From positions 38,068,001 to 38,132,000 of the forward strand of contig CM114271.1 in NCBI GenBank assembly GCA_050084515.1: 64,000 nucleotides of DNA, given 5' to 3'. Of the stretch, positions 38,747-53,116 are shown piece by piece. Positions within the stretch are counted from its first letter, which is position 1. Every line of letters begins with the position of its first letter. The position numbers and the translations under genes were made by a program. The notes beneath the pieces were generated by a model, which was given only the letters and a program-made list of their open reading frames with translations, searched no databases and had not been told where the DNA came from. This DNA comes from Blasia pusilla (lineage: Eukaryota).

Positions 38747-41700
38747 CTAATTATTAAGAAGCTGTCGGAGAACGTATTGCAAAATGCCTCCGTGCTCAAA
38801 GTAAGTGAGCTCCACCTGTAAGACCAGACAAAGTTTGAGTTATGTTACTGCATAGGACAAATCTCTGGAGTTCTGCCCCATTAAACAACTACTAAAACAC
38901 GGTACCAGATAAACACAGGGAACTAGCAACATAGTACTTGCTTTGACGCACTTGTAAGCAAAGAGTTCTCGACATTACCTCAGTGTCAAAACGCAGGGTG
39001 CAAGTGAATTCCTTGCCGTTGTCTGTTGTGACTACCACGTCTTGACCCGGCTTAATGTCCCTCACATTGGTAGGAAGGTCGATGGTGTACTTCTCGTAAC
39101 CAGTGAGTCCCAGGGTTTCAGCATCTTCTCCTTTCTTGAAGCAGAGGGGAATAACACCCATACCCACAAGATTGCTCCTGTGAATACGCTCAAAACTCTT
39201 GGAAATAACAGCCTTCACACCCTGGTTGCATGAAATGTAAGATCAAGTCAAATTCCCTGCCACGGTATATTTTTCCAAATAAAACCTATATTATCACAAG
39301 AAAACTAAATGCACATGCTGCCAATGCACTCAGCTGCAAAGCCACCATTTGTAGCTTTAAACTCTAATAGCTGCTGGGGGCAAAGAAAATGGAAGGTAAA
39401 AAGTGCATTATTTGCACAAACTCACTTGCAAGTACGGGCCCTTTGCAGCCCAATCACGAGAGCTTCCACTGCCATACTCTGCACCTGCAAGAATGATGGT
39501 TTCGTGACCTTCCTCCATGTATTTCTGCACAACAATTACAGATGTCACAGCGACAGGAAATTGTTAGCAGATAACCCTTCGCATTGGCCCATATTCTCAT
39601 CCACCGCTGACCCTACCAAACCACTTGCTCTCCACTGATTACTCTTAACATAGAATCCTCAGAATAATTCTGATGAAACCAGCCCTTCAGTTCAATTCAT
39701 TTTCAGGTACACACACCCTGCAGGGGCAAGGCAGACAAAACAAAAATAACACCCGAGACCCCAGAAAGGCCCGGCAATGATATGAACCAAGTACAAACAT
39801 TAGACATACCTTTGCTGCCTCATAGATGGGCAGTTTCTCCTTGCTTGGAACATGGATAGTATTTGGTCCGACTTCACCCTTTAAAAACTTGTTCACAATC
39901 CGAATGTTAGCAAAGGTTCCTCGGGCCATGATCTCATCATTACCCCTACGACTTCCATAAGAATTGAAGTCCTTGCGCTCAACTCCACGTGACATCAAAT
40001 ACTTTGCAGCTGGGCTATCCTTGCTGATGTTACCAGCAGGAGAAATGTGGTCAGTGGTGATACTATCACCAAAATTGAGGAGGCAGTAAGCGTCCTTAAC
40101 ACCATGTCCACCTGGAGGATCCTTGGTCATTGTCTTGAAGAAGGGAGGTTCACGGACATAGGTCGACTCTTCATCCCATGCATACAGATCACCCTCAGGT
40201 GAAGGTAGTTTGTTCCACATTGCGTTTCCCTTGGTAATGGTCTCATATGTTGCCCTGAACATTTCTGGTAGAACTGATTCCTTCTCGATCTGAAACAAAC
40301 CACAAACAGTGAGCTGACCCATTGTCAACACATGACCCTCTCAGCAGAACTTAGCCAAATGTCCCACACAGCACTTTCAAACCAATCAAAACATGATCTG
40401 ACAGTAAAACTTCACCTGTGCGATATCCTCAGAGGTGGGCCAGATATCTCTGAGGAAGACTGGTTTTCCATCCTTTCCGGTGCCGAGGGGTTCCTTCTCA
40501 AAATCAATATCCACCTATCAACATGTTCAAATCAGCATCATGAGTTACTTCATCACCAAGTTCCTGGTAACACTGCTAGTAAGTACACATTACCTGACAC
40601 AAAGGTGTTAGTCTTCCCTTGCCTAGTATGACGTCTTTGCAAATACTCTGGACCAATGATAGAACATCCATAGTTCGATAAAATGGATGATGGTTCTTCT
40701 TTTAAGAAATACTAGATTGTAGCCCACATCAATTTCAACAAATTGAACTTATCTCAAGTATCAATTAAAGCTTTCTAGCAAGGACATGGTGGTAATCTCA
40801 TTAACAGGTAATCTCATAACCTTACCGTTCCAGCTAAAGCATACGCCACTACAAGGGGAGGAGATGCCAGGTAGTTTGCACGTGTCAAAGGATGCACACG
40901 ACCCTCGAAGTTACGATTTCCAGAAAGAACTGCAGAAGCAACGATATCTGTACAACAAGACGAGGAAATACATCAACGACAGTCTACTGAATAAGTGACG
41001 ACTTGCAGGAAAATACATTTTCATGCTCCCACTTGTCATTTCCACTTCCAGATGTACTTCTGCACGGATTCAACAAGGAGTTGCCGGTCTTTCGACGCTA
41101 AGGTTATGTGTCTAGAATTACACAATCCACAATGTCTGGACGATCAGTTCTCCAAACCTGAAAAAATTATTGACATTACCATTTTCAGCGATAGCAGTAG
41201 AGACAGCTTCATCAAGTTCACCAGAATTTCCAATACATGTGGTACACCCATAACCAACCAGACTGAATCCCTGCTTGTCCAGGTACTTGTCCAAACCACT
41301 GCAAGTCCCATCACAGCCAGCAACAAGTAAGATTCATGTGAGCAAGGCAAATCTAACAAGGTCCTCTTCATTCAGATCTTGTGAAGGCTTGCCCATGAGA
41401 CCTGTCACAACTTTTGATCAATTAAGGCTCTAAGCCCAAGAATCATTCTGAATTTTTAGGAAGGTCCTGCCATTTTATTGCGTCACTGTCATTTTAAAAG
41501 GCAGTATCTGTGCCTAAGCCAGCGGGAGAGGAGAGGCTTTTGCATACTCTAGATGACGAGGTCCATTGCTTCAAGATAGAGGGGAGACTATATACAAACA
41601 CTCGGATCTTCCCACAAGATGAAAGAAAGAGATCACCATCTGTACCTTTCTTTCAAGTATTTTGTGACTACTCCTGAACCAGGAGCCAGACTGGTCTTGA

Positions 41701-44700
41701 TCCAGGGTTTCACCTGCATTAACAAGGCAATCAAGGAATTGGGTAAGAAAATTTCCTTGGCGACAGTTACATTTAGAAGTCATCCATTATGTCAGATGGT
41801 ACCACAATAATGCCTTCAAGGTGGTGAACGTTGTGAACGCCAAACTACTGTAATGATCTGGCAGTCTGATTCCAAATCAAAATTTTCACAAATTGGATTT
41901 CACTTTCATAATTTTTGTGCCATCATATCTTCTGTTGCACTGCCCTGAACATGCTACTGCATTACCAAAACCATCTAAAGCAACTAGTTACCTGCAAACC
42001 CTTTTCAGTTGCCTTCTTGGCAAGAAGACCAGCACCAAGCATCACTGTTGGGTTGGATGTATTGGTGCAACTGGTGATGGCAGCTATGACAACATCACCC
42101 TGGCGGAGCTCTGCAGGCTCCCCATGGAAGTCAAACTTAACAACTGTTCCCTGCTCTTCCTTCGGAATACCAAAGCCCTGAAATCACCAGAAACATTGCA
42201 AATGTCAGAACTCTCAACAAACCACACTTGTAATTGTGAGGAAGCATCATAATCAACTCTGAACAGCCGTACAACAGCTTGTGAAACCTTCAGCTGTATT
42301 CCTAGGCAGATGCAAATCCAATCTACCAACGGTACTTGGCATTTGATATTCCAAAGAGAATTAGAGGCACAAGCCAGATTGCTAGACACTTATGGATTGT
42401 TAAAATAGCAACAATAAGACTGCACCTTGAAGCCAACTTTGTTGTCCAGGCAGGCATGCCAGTCCTGCTTCATGTTCTTCAGAGTCACACGGTCATGTGG
42501 TCTGCAAAGTAAAATGTACCCTACTGCCTTAAAATAAAGCTAGACAAATTAACCCCCACTATTTTTTTCTCTTAAACTTCTGAAATCAAAATTGTCTCGA
42601 GGACATACTCTACTGAAGCAAACAAACATATTAAGAACTTCAACCAACTTAGACACAAGTGAATTTAATCCTCTAGAATCTAAGCATTATGAAAAGTTTG
42701 CAAATTACCTCTTGGGACCAGAAATACACGGCTCCACTGAGCTCAGATCAAGCTCCAGATATGAAGAATACACATTGTCCTCGCGTGGCTGCATTTCAAC
42801 ATGTACCATCATAATATTTTGTAAGCTGATGCTTACCAGCTCATTGAAAAGCTTAGTAACCACGTTCTGTAATTAGTACTAAGACATTTCGAGGAGGCCA
42901 ACAAACTAACTTCTGATTCACCATGATCTTACCTTGTCATAGTCTATGAACATGTCATTTGCTCGCAGGTACGCTTCAATAAGATCCACCTAGAGAACCA
43001 TACACACAAAGATAATTTTAACTTTTGTATCATGTTCCTGAATTCATTTCAAGTACGTCCAGTAAACCATATTCACATCTTGAGCTTTGGAAAATTAATC
43101 TAGAGAAGGAGATGGATAAGGAATCAGGGACTTGACCAAGCTTAGTGTCCCACCTTCTCCTCATCCCGACCTGTGAGCCGCAAATAGTCCAGAGTGACAT
43201 GATCAACAGGGAAAAAACCCATAGTAGCACCGTACTCAGGGGACATGTTTGCAATAGTTGCTCGGTCTGCAAGGGAAAGCTCCCCCATTCCATCTCCTGC
43301 AGATGTGAATTGTATCAGGTCACATGAATAAAAAGCTAAATGAGGGGTGAGCCACTCCAGCAATCAACTCCCTGGCATTTGCGAAACATGCCTAAGTCCA
43401 TGATCTTTGCAACTCTGAACTCACCATAAAACTCCACAAACTTGCCAACAACTCCATGCTTCCTCAAGATCTGAGTTACTGTAAGAACCAGATCCGTGGC
43501 AGTAACTCCAGTCTTCATCTTGCCTGTTAACTTGAAACCAACAACCCCTGGAAGCACCATACTCATGGGCTGGTTGGTACACAACAGCTAGCAATTAGAA
43601 AAGTATTTTCTGACAGGTGTATGGAACTACTTATTCAATTGATCATCAGAAGTACATGGACCTCTTGATTCGTGAGCAGGTTTGCCTTCTATCCTAGCGC
43701 AGTGTATTCATCAATTTGAGTGAGAAAGCAATACCAACCGAATAGAGGGAACCAGGCATCTGCAAATAATGATCTGGCCCCTATCTGACATGCATATTTT
43801 TGTAGTATCCCTTATTCAGTTGAAAGATAGATCTATTTCATGCAGTCCATCTGCTTACTTGTCCAAGCATAGATGCCTCTGCTTCAATACCACCAACTCC
43901 CCAGCCGGCAACACCAAGTCCGTCAATCATGGTAGTGTGGGAGTCTGTTCCCACAAGACTGTCCGGGTACAGAATTCCTGAGCTGTTGAAAACCACACGA
44001 GCCAAATATTCCAGGTTCACCTGCACAGTAATGATGAGTGCATCCTTTCAGTAAAAATCTCGATTAAGCTGTCCTTTGAGCTCAATCAGCACAATATTCA
44101 ATGCAAAGAATATGTGGCAGCAGCAGGTATCCAATCTGACCAGCTCACTTTTGTAGTTAGTTGACCCCAGTCCTAAATCTGTAGGCAAAGAGACTTTATT
44201 GGGAACTTTTTTTTGCATATTCACCTGATGCACAATTCCAGAACCTGGAGGCACCACCAACATGTTTTGGAAAGCTGTGGCACCCCACTTCAAAAAAGCA
44301 AAACGCTCTTTGTTCCTGTCGAATTCCAGTTTCATGTTGCTCTCGAGGGCATCTATTTTGCGGGCAACATCCACCTGCACAGAATGATCGATGACGAGGT
44401 CTACTGGCACCTGCAACATGAACAGCATAATCAAAACAATTACTCTGCTGTCATGGCCCACCAGGAAATCCAACAGATCCTGCAAACTCGAAGAGCCTGC
44501 CCATTGTACTGCCAGTTCCGGATTAAGCAAGTACTGTGAGAAGCCAATATGTTTAGGATACAACTCTGAGAAACAATTCTTCTGATGATTCCTGCTGAGT
44601 TCAGGTAGTAGAAACCCATTACCTACTTCATTCACTAGAAAGAATACCTCCCCATGCATCGTATTGTCCACCTTTTGCATCACTACTTACCAGTGGATTG

Positions 44701-46495
44701 ATCCTTGTGGGATCACCACCCAACCTCTTGATGGCGTCACGCATGGCGGCAAGATCCACAACAGCTGGAACTCCGGTGAAATCCTAGAAGAATCATTCGA
44801 CATTTAGATCACAGAAAGATATTCAAATCTGTTTTGAACTCATTTGCCACAAAAGAGTTGACATTCCATCAAAAACCTCAAGGGGTTTCCTAACTAGCAC
44901 CGTTTGACAACACATAACCAAGTCCAATGAAATAGAGAATCGGAATAATAAGGAGTTGTTCTGAACTTCACATACTTGGAGGAGCACGCGCGCAGGCTTG
45001 AAGGGAATCTCCACTTGCTGGGGGGAAGTTTTCTCCCAATCTATGATCTTCTCAACATCCTTTTCTTTGACAGCGAAATTATCACAGTTTCGAACAGCCG
45101 ACTCCAAGAGGATTCTGATGGAATACGGCAGCTTATCTGCAATTGGCATAACGGTGCTATCAAACGCAAGATCCGACCCACTCTGTGAAGAAACTCCGAA
45201 AAGATAAGTCACTCCCACTACGAGCGCTTTCCAGGCGAGGAGCTCCAATGAAAGGAATGGGAATTCGCCCTACTCGAAATAGACCAGTACAAGCTGACAT
45301 GACTTCAGTTAGACTTACCAACTCGCTTATCGCCCAATTTTGGGAGACTGAAGTATTTTCCATACGATCCACCGCCGGGCTTGGGCAGGTCGGTCAAAAC
45401 CTCGTTGAAGGGATGGTCCGAACCTACATCATACACGTCAGGCCATGAGGAATCATGATCATGAAAATCCAGCACCGGAAAAAACAAAGATCGGACAAAA
45501 TTCGACTTCACTACTGCACTTGTTACCAGTCGCATCCCAGTACAGAAATAATCCACAGCTTCGTCGTAGAGAAAGAAATCCCATACAACACATAGAGAGC
45601 AGCACAAACACGATTCCGTCCTCAGCACCGGTCATCCACGCATGAGAAAGCCAGGTGCGAAGTCCACGGGGGTTTGTGAACAGATCCAAGATCAAGGAAC
45701 ATCTCTTGCTGGACAGATCGTACATGTAGATCATCTCGCCGATGACCAGAAACAAAACCCAGTCAGCGGTCGAAGAGCACACGAAAATTTTGAGAGCGTG
45801 TGGAGGCCACACAAAGTCATGTCGCGAAATGGCGAGCGTGTCAGCAAGAAGCCCATCGTACAAGTCTCAGAAAACCAAGCGACGCAATCTGCGGTTAGAC
45901 GACATCGGAGACCATGTGCATGTGATGGTTCGCTCGGCCAGGAGCATTCGGTGAATTTTCGCAATCTGCAAGCCAACGTGGGGGTAATGACAATTCCGGG
46001 CATAAGGCGAAAGCCAGATCGTTCCATACCCATTGATGAGTATCCTCGGGACGACAAGGCCCTTTCTCCGAGAGCTCCTCTGCAGCCTGCAGCAACCCGC
46101 GCAACGCTAGAGCTCGATGAAACCAACGCAGGAGAGAACCCGGTGCCCGCCCTATGCAGAGAAAAGCAGGCTGCCAAATTTGGGTTTCTCAAGTGAGCGG
46201 AGCCTTGCAATTGAGATCTCAACCTCAATTGCAGATTGGATGCCAAAGAACGAGAACTGTCGGCGACTGCTTCGGATTTCGCGAGGGCCGCTACTACGGA
46301 AGAGGCAGCGGCAGCCGTGTGCGAAGCTCTCGTCAGCAGGGGATTCGCGGCAGCAGCAGCAGCAGAAGAAGAAGAAGAAGAAGAAGTCGCGGATGCAGAT
46401 ATCGCAGTCCCAGCCGCTACGGCAGCCTCCTGGCGTCGACGAGACAGGGCGCGGCCCGCACGGATCAAAGTCGGTGCCGTAGTGGTGATGTGCAT
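38747..46495 (-). CDS. ACO: Aconitate hydratase (AcnA/IRP-like plant aconitase) with N-terminal transit peptide, 1052 aa
   Basis: 20 GT-AG exons: 46495-46030, 45423-45319, 45136-44976, 44783-44691, 44410-44225, 44020-43859, 43569-43425, 43296-43154, 42989-42933, 42788-42709, 42501-42426, 42177-41992, 41713-41646, 41298-41180, 40947-40826, 40514-40416, 40289-39810, 39524-39426, 39221-38979, 38815-38747 (3159 nt, in frame). Motifs: [94 protein letters not shown]. Confidence 0.98.
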
Positions 46496-47089
46496 GCTGG
46501 AATTCCCACCTTAAGAAGAGTCGGGACAGACTGCGGGCATAGAAAATCTTCCCCCACGTTTCCCGCGCGCCGTTCCTCCTCTCCCCTCCTCAACCCAATC
46601 CGTCAGGTGTCGTGTACGGATCCCTCTTCCGGATGACGATGCCACGAGATCTTGCTCTCCCCCTTTTGATCGCTCCACCCTCTCCCCCTCGAATCCCCAC
46701 CTCCGCAACCTCTCTCTCTCTCTCTGAGCATTCCTCTCCTCTCCAGTCCGATCGACTCCCCGATCCACGTCCCTCTCCCTCTCAGTCGCTCGCTCGCTCG
46801 CTCGCTCGCTCTCTCTCTCTCCGAACGATCCTTTTTCTCTTGTCGTCACACGCCCTCCACGAGCCCGCCACTCGCTCGCTCGCTCGCCCTCCGTCTGTCT
46901 CGTGAGAGTCCTGTCCGCCCGAGCGTCCAACGGATCCGAAGACTCGGCACCCGCACAGTCTCAGTGAGTGAGGGAGTCAGTCAGTCCGTCCCACCGATCA
47001 AAATGTAACACGGCACCCGCACGGAATATACAGGAAGGAAGGAAAGGAATAGGGACTCTTCCGTCTTCTCCTGTTGTTATGTGTGCGTC

Positions 47090-47126
<37 letters not shown>

Positions 47127-47600
47127 GCTCACTCTCTCGCGCTGCTTCCTGTCGGGGGCTGCTTTGTGAGGCCGAGTGGAAGGGCGGGGTGATATGATGG
47201 AGAAACGCACGGAGGGAGCATGGATGGATGGATGGATGGTGCTGGGCTCGAGGGGATTTCGGTTGCTGTGGGGGGGGATTATGACCTAACTGATGGAGGT
47301 TTGGGAGGGAGGGAGGGAGGGAGGGAGGAATGAGTGAGTGAGTGAGAGGAGAGGAAGGGGGGGAGCACATGAGCCTCGAGAGTTTGGCACGGTTGCTGTT
47401 GTTTGCGAGGGGTGGGTGTCGCCTCTTGCCTTGTTTTCTTCTTCGATCTGATGGGTTGACCACGCTCATGTTTTGGCTCATCTCGCCGATGTTTCGACTG
47501 CTTCGGTTTCTGGCTTCGCCTCGGATGAGACGTAATGTGACTCTTACCTCTTGAGGGTTTTTCCTCCTCCTCCTCCTCCTCCTCCTCTCTACACTCTTAA
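46496..47600 (-). promoter_or_regulatory. GC-rich 5' UTR and promoter of aconitase with microsatellites
   Basis: Contains CT/GA tracts, (TCGC)n, (GGAT)n, (GGGA)n and (CCT)n, plus a duplicated CGGCACCCGCAC (~46945 and ~47010). Confidence 0.55.
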
Positions 47601-47637
47601 GCCATGCTCTTTTGGGCCTTCACCCAATATTCGAGTG

Positions 47638-48037
47638 CATCTTGCCAGCACTTCCGAGGCTGGCTAGGAGTCTCTTGATTCGACCTTGCTAGCACTTCGA
47701 AGGCTGGCTATCTCTTCAATCCCTCTTGCTAGTCCTTCCCAAGGCTTACTATCTCTTCGACCCACCTTGCTAGTCCTCTTCAATCCATCTTGCTAGTCCT
47801 TCCAAGGTTTACAATCTCTTCTATCCAGCTTGCTAGTCCTTCCAAGCCTTACAATCTCTTCTATCCATCTTGCTAGTCTTTCCAAAGCTCACTATCTCTT
47901 CATTCCATCTTGCTAGTCCCTCCAAGGCTTACTCTTTCTTGATTCCATATCTTGCTGGTCCTTGCAAACTAAGTTTGGATCCCATCTCGCTAGACCTTCC
48001 AAGGATTTTAGTATCGAGTGAGTCCATCTTGCTAGTG
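47638..48037. repeat. Minisatellite, ~11 copies of a ~40 bp unit
   Basis: Consensus is approximately ccatcttgctagtccttccaaggcttactatctcttc(a/t)at; copies degenerate toward both ends. Confidence 0.9.
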
Positions 48038-49002
48038 GTTCATACCCCAGGGACGAGTAGCGAGGGGGGGGGGAGCATGGATTCAAAGGACTGGCCAAAA
48101 CCAAGCAGTGACAAAAGAACTCTAAAACCATGGTGGTTGATGGATGGATGCCTCCACACCCATCCAGCTGAGCTGCTGGTGGGCGATCATATAGCCCCAA
48201 CAATCATGGGGACAAGGATTCCACGAAAATTGGGGAGGGGTCTCTAGACTCTAGAGCGCATATTGATGCGTTGGCGAGAGATCTTTAAGGCTTGGCCTTC
48301 GAGGAAGGACGTAATAAAGAGGGACAGCTTCTGCACGTGGTCCTTTTATTTCGGTTTTTGGAATAGAATACGATCATAAGATTTTGTGCAAATCTCAAAA
48401 GTGGACCCACCCCTCGCGGTTTGTGAGGGTGAATCCATCCATCCGTTGTAGTTTCGGCTGGTTTAGGGAGGGAGGGACGGAGTTGAGGACTTTATCGGAA
48501 GGAACTTTTGGTTGCAACAAACGTCTCACAAGATGCATGGAAACACTAACTCAAAAATAATTAATTAATTGTGCACTTTCCTCCCATGTTAGTAAAAAGT
48601 GTCCTTGGCCTTTCTTATGTAGCCTTCCTTCCTCGACCTTTGAGTTGTGTCCATGGCCTGCACAAATAAAATCCCGCTTGCATGATGTGTTAGATAAGAG
48701 GTAGAGGGGGGCGTTTGGTATTTATGTATAGCGCTTCTTTGGATAGCATTTTGTCCTTCTAAAGTTAATAGTTTAGGCTTTTCCATAATCACTTAAGTAA
48801 ACTCTCTTGGAGTATGTCTTGTAGGAGTTGAGTTTTGTGACTTTTGTCGAGTGGGAGTCATAGTTGCTTTTGTGCAGACAAAATGTCTGTCTTGTTGTTC
48901 ATGGCACTTTATTTCTTGTTGGGACAAACAAAGCCATTATGACTAGAATATAATCAAAGAATATAGAATATAATCAAAGATAAAACCCATTATTTTCCTC
49001 AC

Positions 49003-49077
49003 GTTTTGACTCTTTGAGTCCCCCTCTTTTGTACTTCCGATGGGTTTTCCATCACTCGTTTTTATCGAAGTGCATCT
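49003..49077 (+). mobile_element. 75-bp copy of the non-LTR 3' end
   Basis: Identical by manual comparison to 308-382. No TSD found. Confidence 0.85.
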
Positions 49078-52000
49078 CTCTTGACTTGGGGAGGTAAACG
49101 CTTTTTCTCCTTGTTGTTCATGGCAATTTATGTCATGTCGGGGCCAACAAAATGCATGAGGAATAGAACCTCATCATGCATAGACCTAGCACTACTTCCC
49201 TCACTTAGCACCTTTGTTGGACATTTGGTATGTAACAAATTTAAATCGTCTTGTAGCAAATTGTCTAGAGGTACTAGTTTACAAACTCTCCCATATGATT
49301 GGATTATGTGAGGAAATATAAGTGTGAGCATGCCATACCATGGTTATATTTATCTATTCAAATAGGATTTTTTCCTCCATAGCATAATGACAAAGAGTGG
49401 ATATGAATGAGAAGCCTCACATCAATATTGGAGAAGCATGAAAGCAATTAAAGGAAGAAATAATAGGAAGACCAAGAATAACATAAATCAAATTGGTAAC
49501 AAAATTGTCAAGTTGAATGGGAACACAATAGTTGGTTTACAAGCGGAATATGGTGTACCGATGTCTCAAAGTCAATGAGTTAAAAATTCTATATTGAGGA
49601 AGGTATACCTCTCCAAAATCAAAGAAAGAGTAAGCTGTAAATATACTAGTTGTTAGATTCCATTTGGAGGCTCATAAATGAGTGTAAATAATAGTGATCA
49701 GCGAGTCTACCAAGAGGATGTCATGAAAAGTTTTAGTCCATGGATTATGTATGAAATAATTGAAACTAGTATGATGTCTGTGTAATGCACAAATGAGGGG
49801 AAATTTTTCCTTGCTTTTCTTAATTCTTTAGCCCTCTTAATTTAATTATTCCCTTAAATCTAACACGTGTCAAGAGTAGAAGAGTTTTCAAAGGACAGGT
49901 GTCAACATCGGAGGAGGGTTTCTCTAACCCCATCCTCTGTTAATATTATAGACTCTCTCTATATATAAACTAGCAAGATAAAGATCCAACTAAGCACATC
50001 AACCATTACCAACCCCCTTAACCCAATATTTAGTTCATCCTTTATTGCCTATTTTCGATCATCACAAGAGTTTTCTTAATAGTTAAAAGTCCCCTTATAA
50101 TAATATTATTGAGAAAAAAATATTTAAATTATGAAAAATGGATTTACATTAAAATTCTATTACATCTCAAATTATTTTGTTATCTTTTTTAGCTAATTTT
50201 TTAACTAATGTTTAATATTGGTAGTTGAGATATTTAAGGCACATTCTTTGGTGACAAAAGTCTCTAATTATTCTTTTATTTATGCTAACAAAATTTTAAA
50301 CTTTGAACTTTGGACATATATCATAGGCTTCATGAATAGCTTATGAAGAAATATTCAATTTATGTGAAAGGGGTAAAAGAGGTAAAACCTAATCTTTTAC
50401 CAAAAGAGGGCTTTTAAAGGTTTCTAAAAGGTTTTAGTCCGAATAGGGTTATGATAGTGAAGAAGGCATACACTTTTTAAAAGTTAAGATTTTATAAGTA
50501 TTTTTTAAATCTTTATTTCCAATATGTGAGAAAGGATAAATAAATTTTACTTTTCAATGAGACAAGCAATGGGAGAAAGGGATAAATTCGTAACAAAGGA
50601 AGGGTTCATAATGAAAAAAAAACAATTAAAAAATTAAGATTTTCACTAGATAAGGTAAGCATAGAAAAATAGGTTTAATTTTGAAAAGGGGAGGGGAAAG
50701 GGGGACATTTTCAATAAGGGTTGGCTTCATGAGCATCTCTTTTTACAATCTAGTTGATCTGCAATATACTAGGGGAAAAGGGATAATGCTCACTTTTCAA
50801 TAGAGGAGGGGAAAAGAGAAATAGATAAATTTGCAACAAAGGACGATTCCCTAAGGAATGTTTTTCTAAACATATTTAATATAAAATCTGAATTTAAATT
50901 GGGGGAGGCGAAGGAGAGAGAAAGGGACAAATTTTCAACAAGGTAAGGCTTTACAAAGATATTCGAATGTTTTAGATTTTAATGGGGAATGGAAGGAGAG
51001 AAAGGGAAGAAATTTTCACGGGATAATGAATTGATTAACCTTCCTTTAACCCTCTCTTGCCTCTAGAAAGGGATAATTGGATGAGGACGAGAGTTATGAG
51101 ACATATGAAAATAACCAACTCACTGTATTGGGCTAGAGAAACTACTATATTCGTACCCACTTTGCAAGTCGTGGGAACCGCAACTAAGTAGTAAGAGTGT
51201 TGCATTGAAATTGAAATTTTGCAAGTCCTACACTCGCAATTAACTTGCAAACTTCATGAATAGACTCACCAATTATGGCAAAAGCATGACTCAAAAAAAA
51301 TTTTCCTTCCACTTGCAGTTTAGTCACACTTTGGTTGCACAAGTCTTGCCAGGTGTACTCACAAATTTTTTGAATCTTTTGCAAGTCATTCGGGGATGTT
51401 TACGAGTTTGAGCAGTCACAAAAAATTTACTTGTAGCTCACTTGAAAATAGTCAAAAAAATTTGCCCAGAAAGCCACAAAAAATGAATCCAAATAATGGT
51501 TTTTTCCTCTTAAAAAGTTTTTTTTTTCTCCTCTTCTATTCAATTTGGACTCATTTTTTTATCCAAGGGGGATTTGACTTCTTCCAATTTTTCCTTCAGG
51601 GTGGAATTTCTTTTCTCGATTATATTGTTATATTTTAAAATCAAGAATTGGAAAAAAAACATACAATATAATGAACCTCACTTATCTACATGTTCCTTAA
51701 ATTATTTGATTGACTAATAGTGCAATAATGCGCACACTTGCAATTAAAACATTAGTAGAGTTGTATGATATGTTGGCAAGTAGGTGTTATAAACCCTAAG
51801 ATTCATAATTGATTTTTGGGAGGAGACGGTTTCCTATTACTAAAGATGGAAATAATTATAAGATGATGGTTACTGGTTAGATGAACCAACTAGCCATTTG
51901 ATTTTTGTGCAGGGGGGTGATCCACAAGGAAATATGATAAATACATTAGAGACATTTTTATGATAGTATTTGCTATCAAAGAGAGTTTTTGGAGGGAAAT

Positions 52001-52462
52001 ACCCATACGAAGGACATTCCTATAGCAAAAAATTCCCATGAAGAGACAAACCATGATAGATATATGTTCCCATAGTGATGATACCCCTCAATCATTATGG
52101 GGTACAAGTATCAAGTTATAGAGGAATAAAGACAAGCGTATGAAACAAGCATGGATTGAGGCCTTCATTCCGGAGTATGAGGAGCTGGTAGTCTTGGATA
52201 CCATATCCATTGTATAATAGTGTCCCAAAGAGAGTGTGAGAGTGTTTAATCTCTTTGTAGGGATGAGCATGGGATTGGATAAAATGTTATAAGCTAACAT
52301 ATGGGTAAATTGGTATATATAAATTGAGAGAGATGACATTTCATGATGAATTTCATTACATCATATGGCAAGGTTGGTCCAAAAATATTATCAAAATTTA
52401 TTGGTATTGGTAGTATGTAGGGTACCGACATACATTACTCTCATATGTTTCGTTATTGGGGA

Positions 52463-53116
52463 TGTCACATCTTTTGCAGCGAGTCAATGAGTATCCATAG
52501 ATTGCCTTTGGTGAGGTTGGAGGACATACTCAAGAGGTTGAGGATGAACTACTAAGAACTAGGGTAACCTGAGAGAACATATATCCCCTTATTTTGGGCT
52601 CATTTGGAGTCATATTGAGAAACTTATTATTTTAAGTAAGTTCCTATTGTAAGTATACTTGCCTTTCTATTTGGGAAAGTGGTCTTCAACCTACTATTAC
52701 AAGTCAAGAGCCAAGGAAGTGAAGTGTGTGGATAAGTGACCAAGGAGTATACCCTAAGAGAGTAGGCTTGAGAGCTCGTTCCCTCTTAGTTGAACCTCCT
52801 TTCATGAGGTGGCGGAGCTTTGGTCCTCCTTGCATTGTAAGTAACCCATGCCTCTCATTATGAGAGTGGATTTGGTTAGACATGAGAGAGATAATTAATG
52901 AATAGATTTATAGTCCATGGGGACCCCACAAGGCCATGAGAGAGAGACAAAGAAAGAAAGAAAGAAAGAAAGAAACACAAAGAATGAGTTTTGTGGTGAC
53001 TTGATTTACAAAGATGATCGTTTATGTGTTTAGATGCCATGAGTAAGTATAGATCTTGTGTTTATGTGTTTGGCAATAGCGATTATTTTTGTGTAGTAAT
53101 TTGTAAACGCACAATA
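52463..53116 (+). mobile_element. Solo LTR (~654 bp), diverged relative of the LTR at 55036-55679
   Basis: TGTCACATC...CGCACAATA aligns along its length to the reverse complement of 55036-55679 (TGTCACGTC...CGCACCACA). Flanks GGGA/AGGA may be a 4-bp TSD. Confidence 0.8.

Noticed and set aside
45731-46029. C-terminal part of the 254-aa ORF
   Set aside because: It is read-through into aconitase intron 1; the donor is at 46029.
47610-47643. Possible further non-LTR 3' end (hairpin plus TCGAGTGCATCTT)
   Set aside because: The match is short, overlaps the first minisatellite unit, and has no TSD.
47638-48037. CRISPR-like array
   Set aside because: The intervening sequences are homologous to each other, there are no cas genes, and the context is eukaryotic. 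It is a minisatellite.
51190-51460. hAT/MITE-like subterminal repeats (ttgcaagtc/actc)
   Set aside because: No terminal inverted repeat pair or TSD could be identified.
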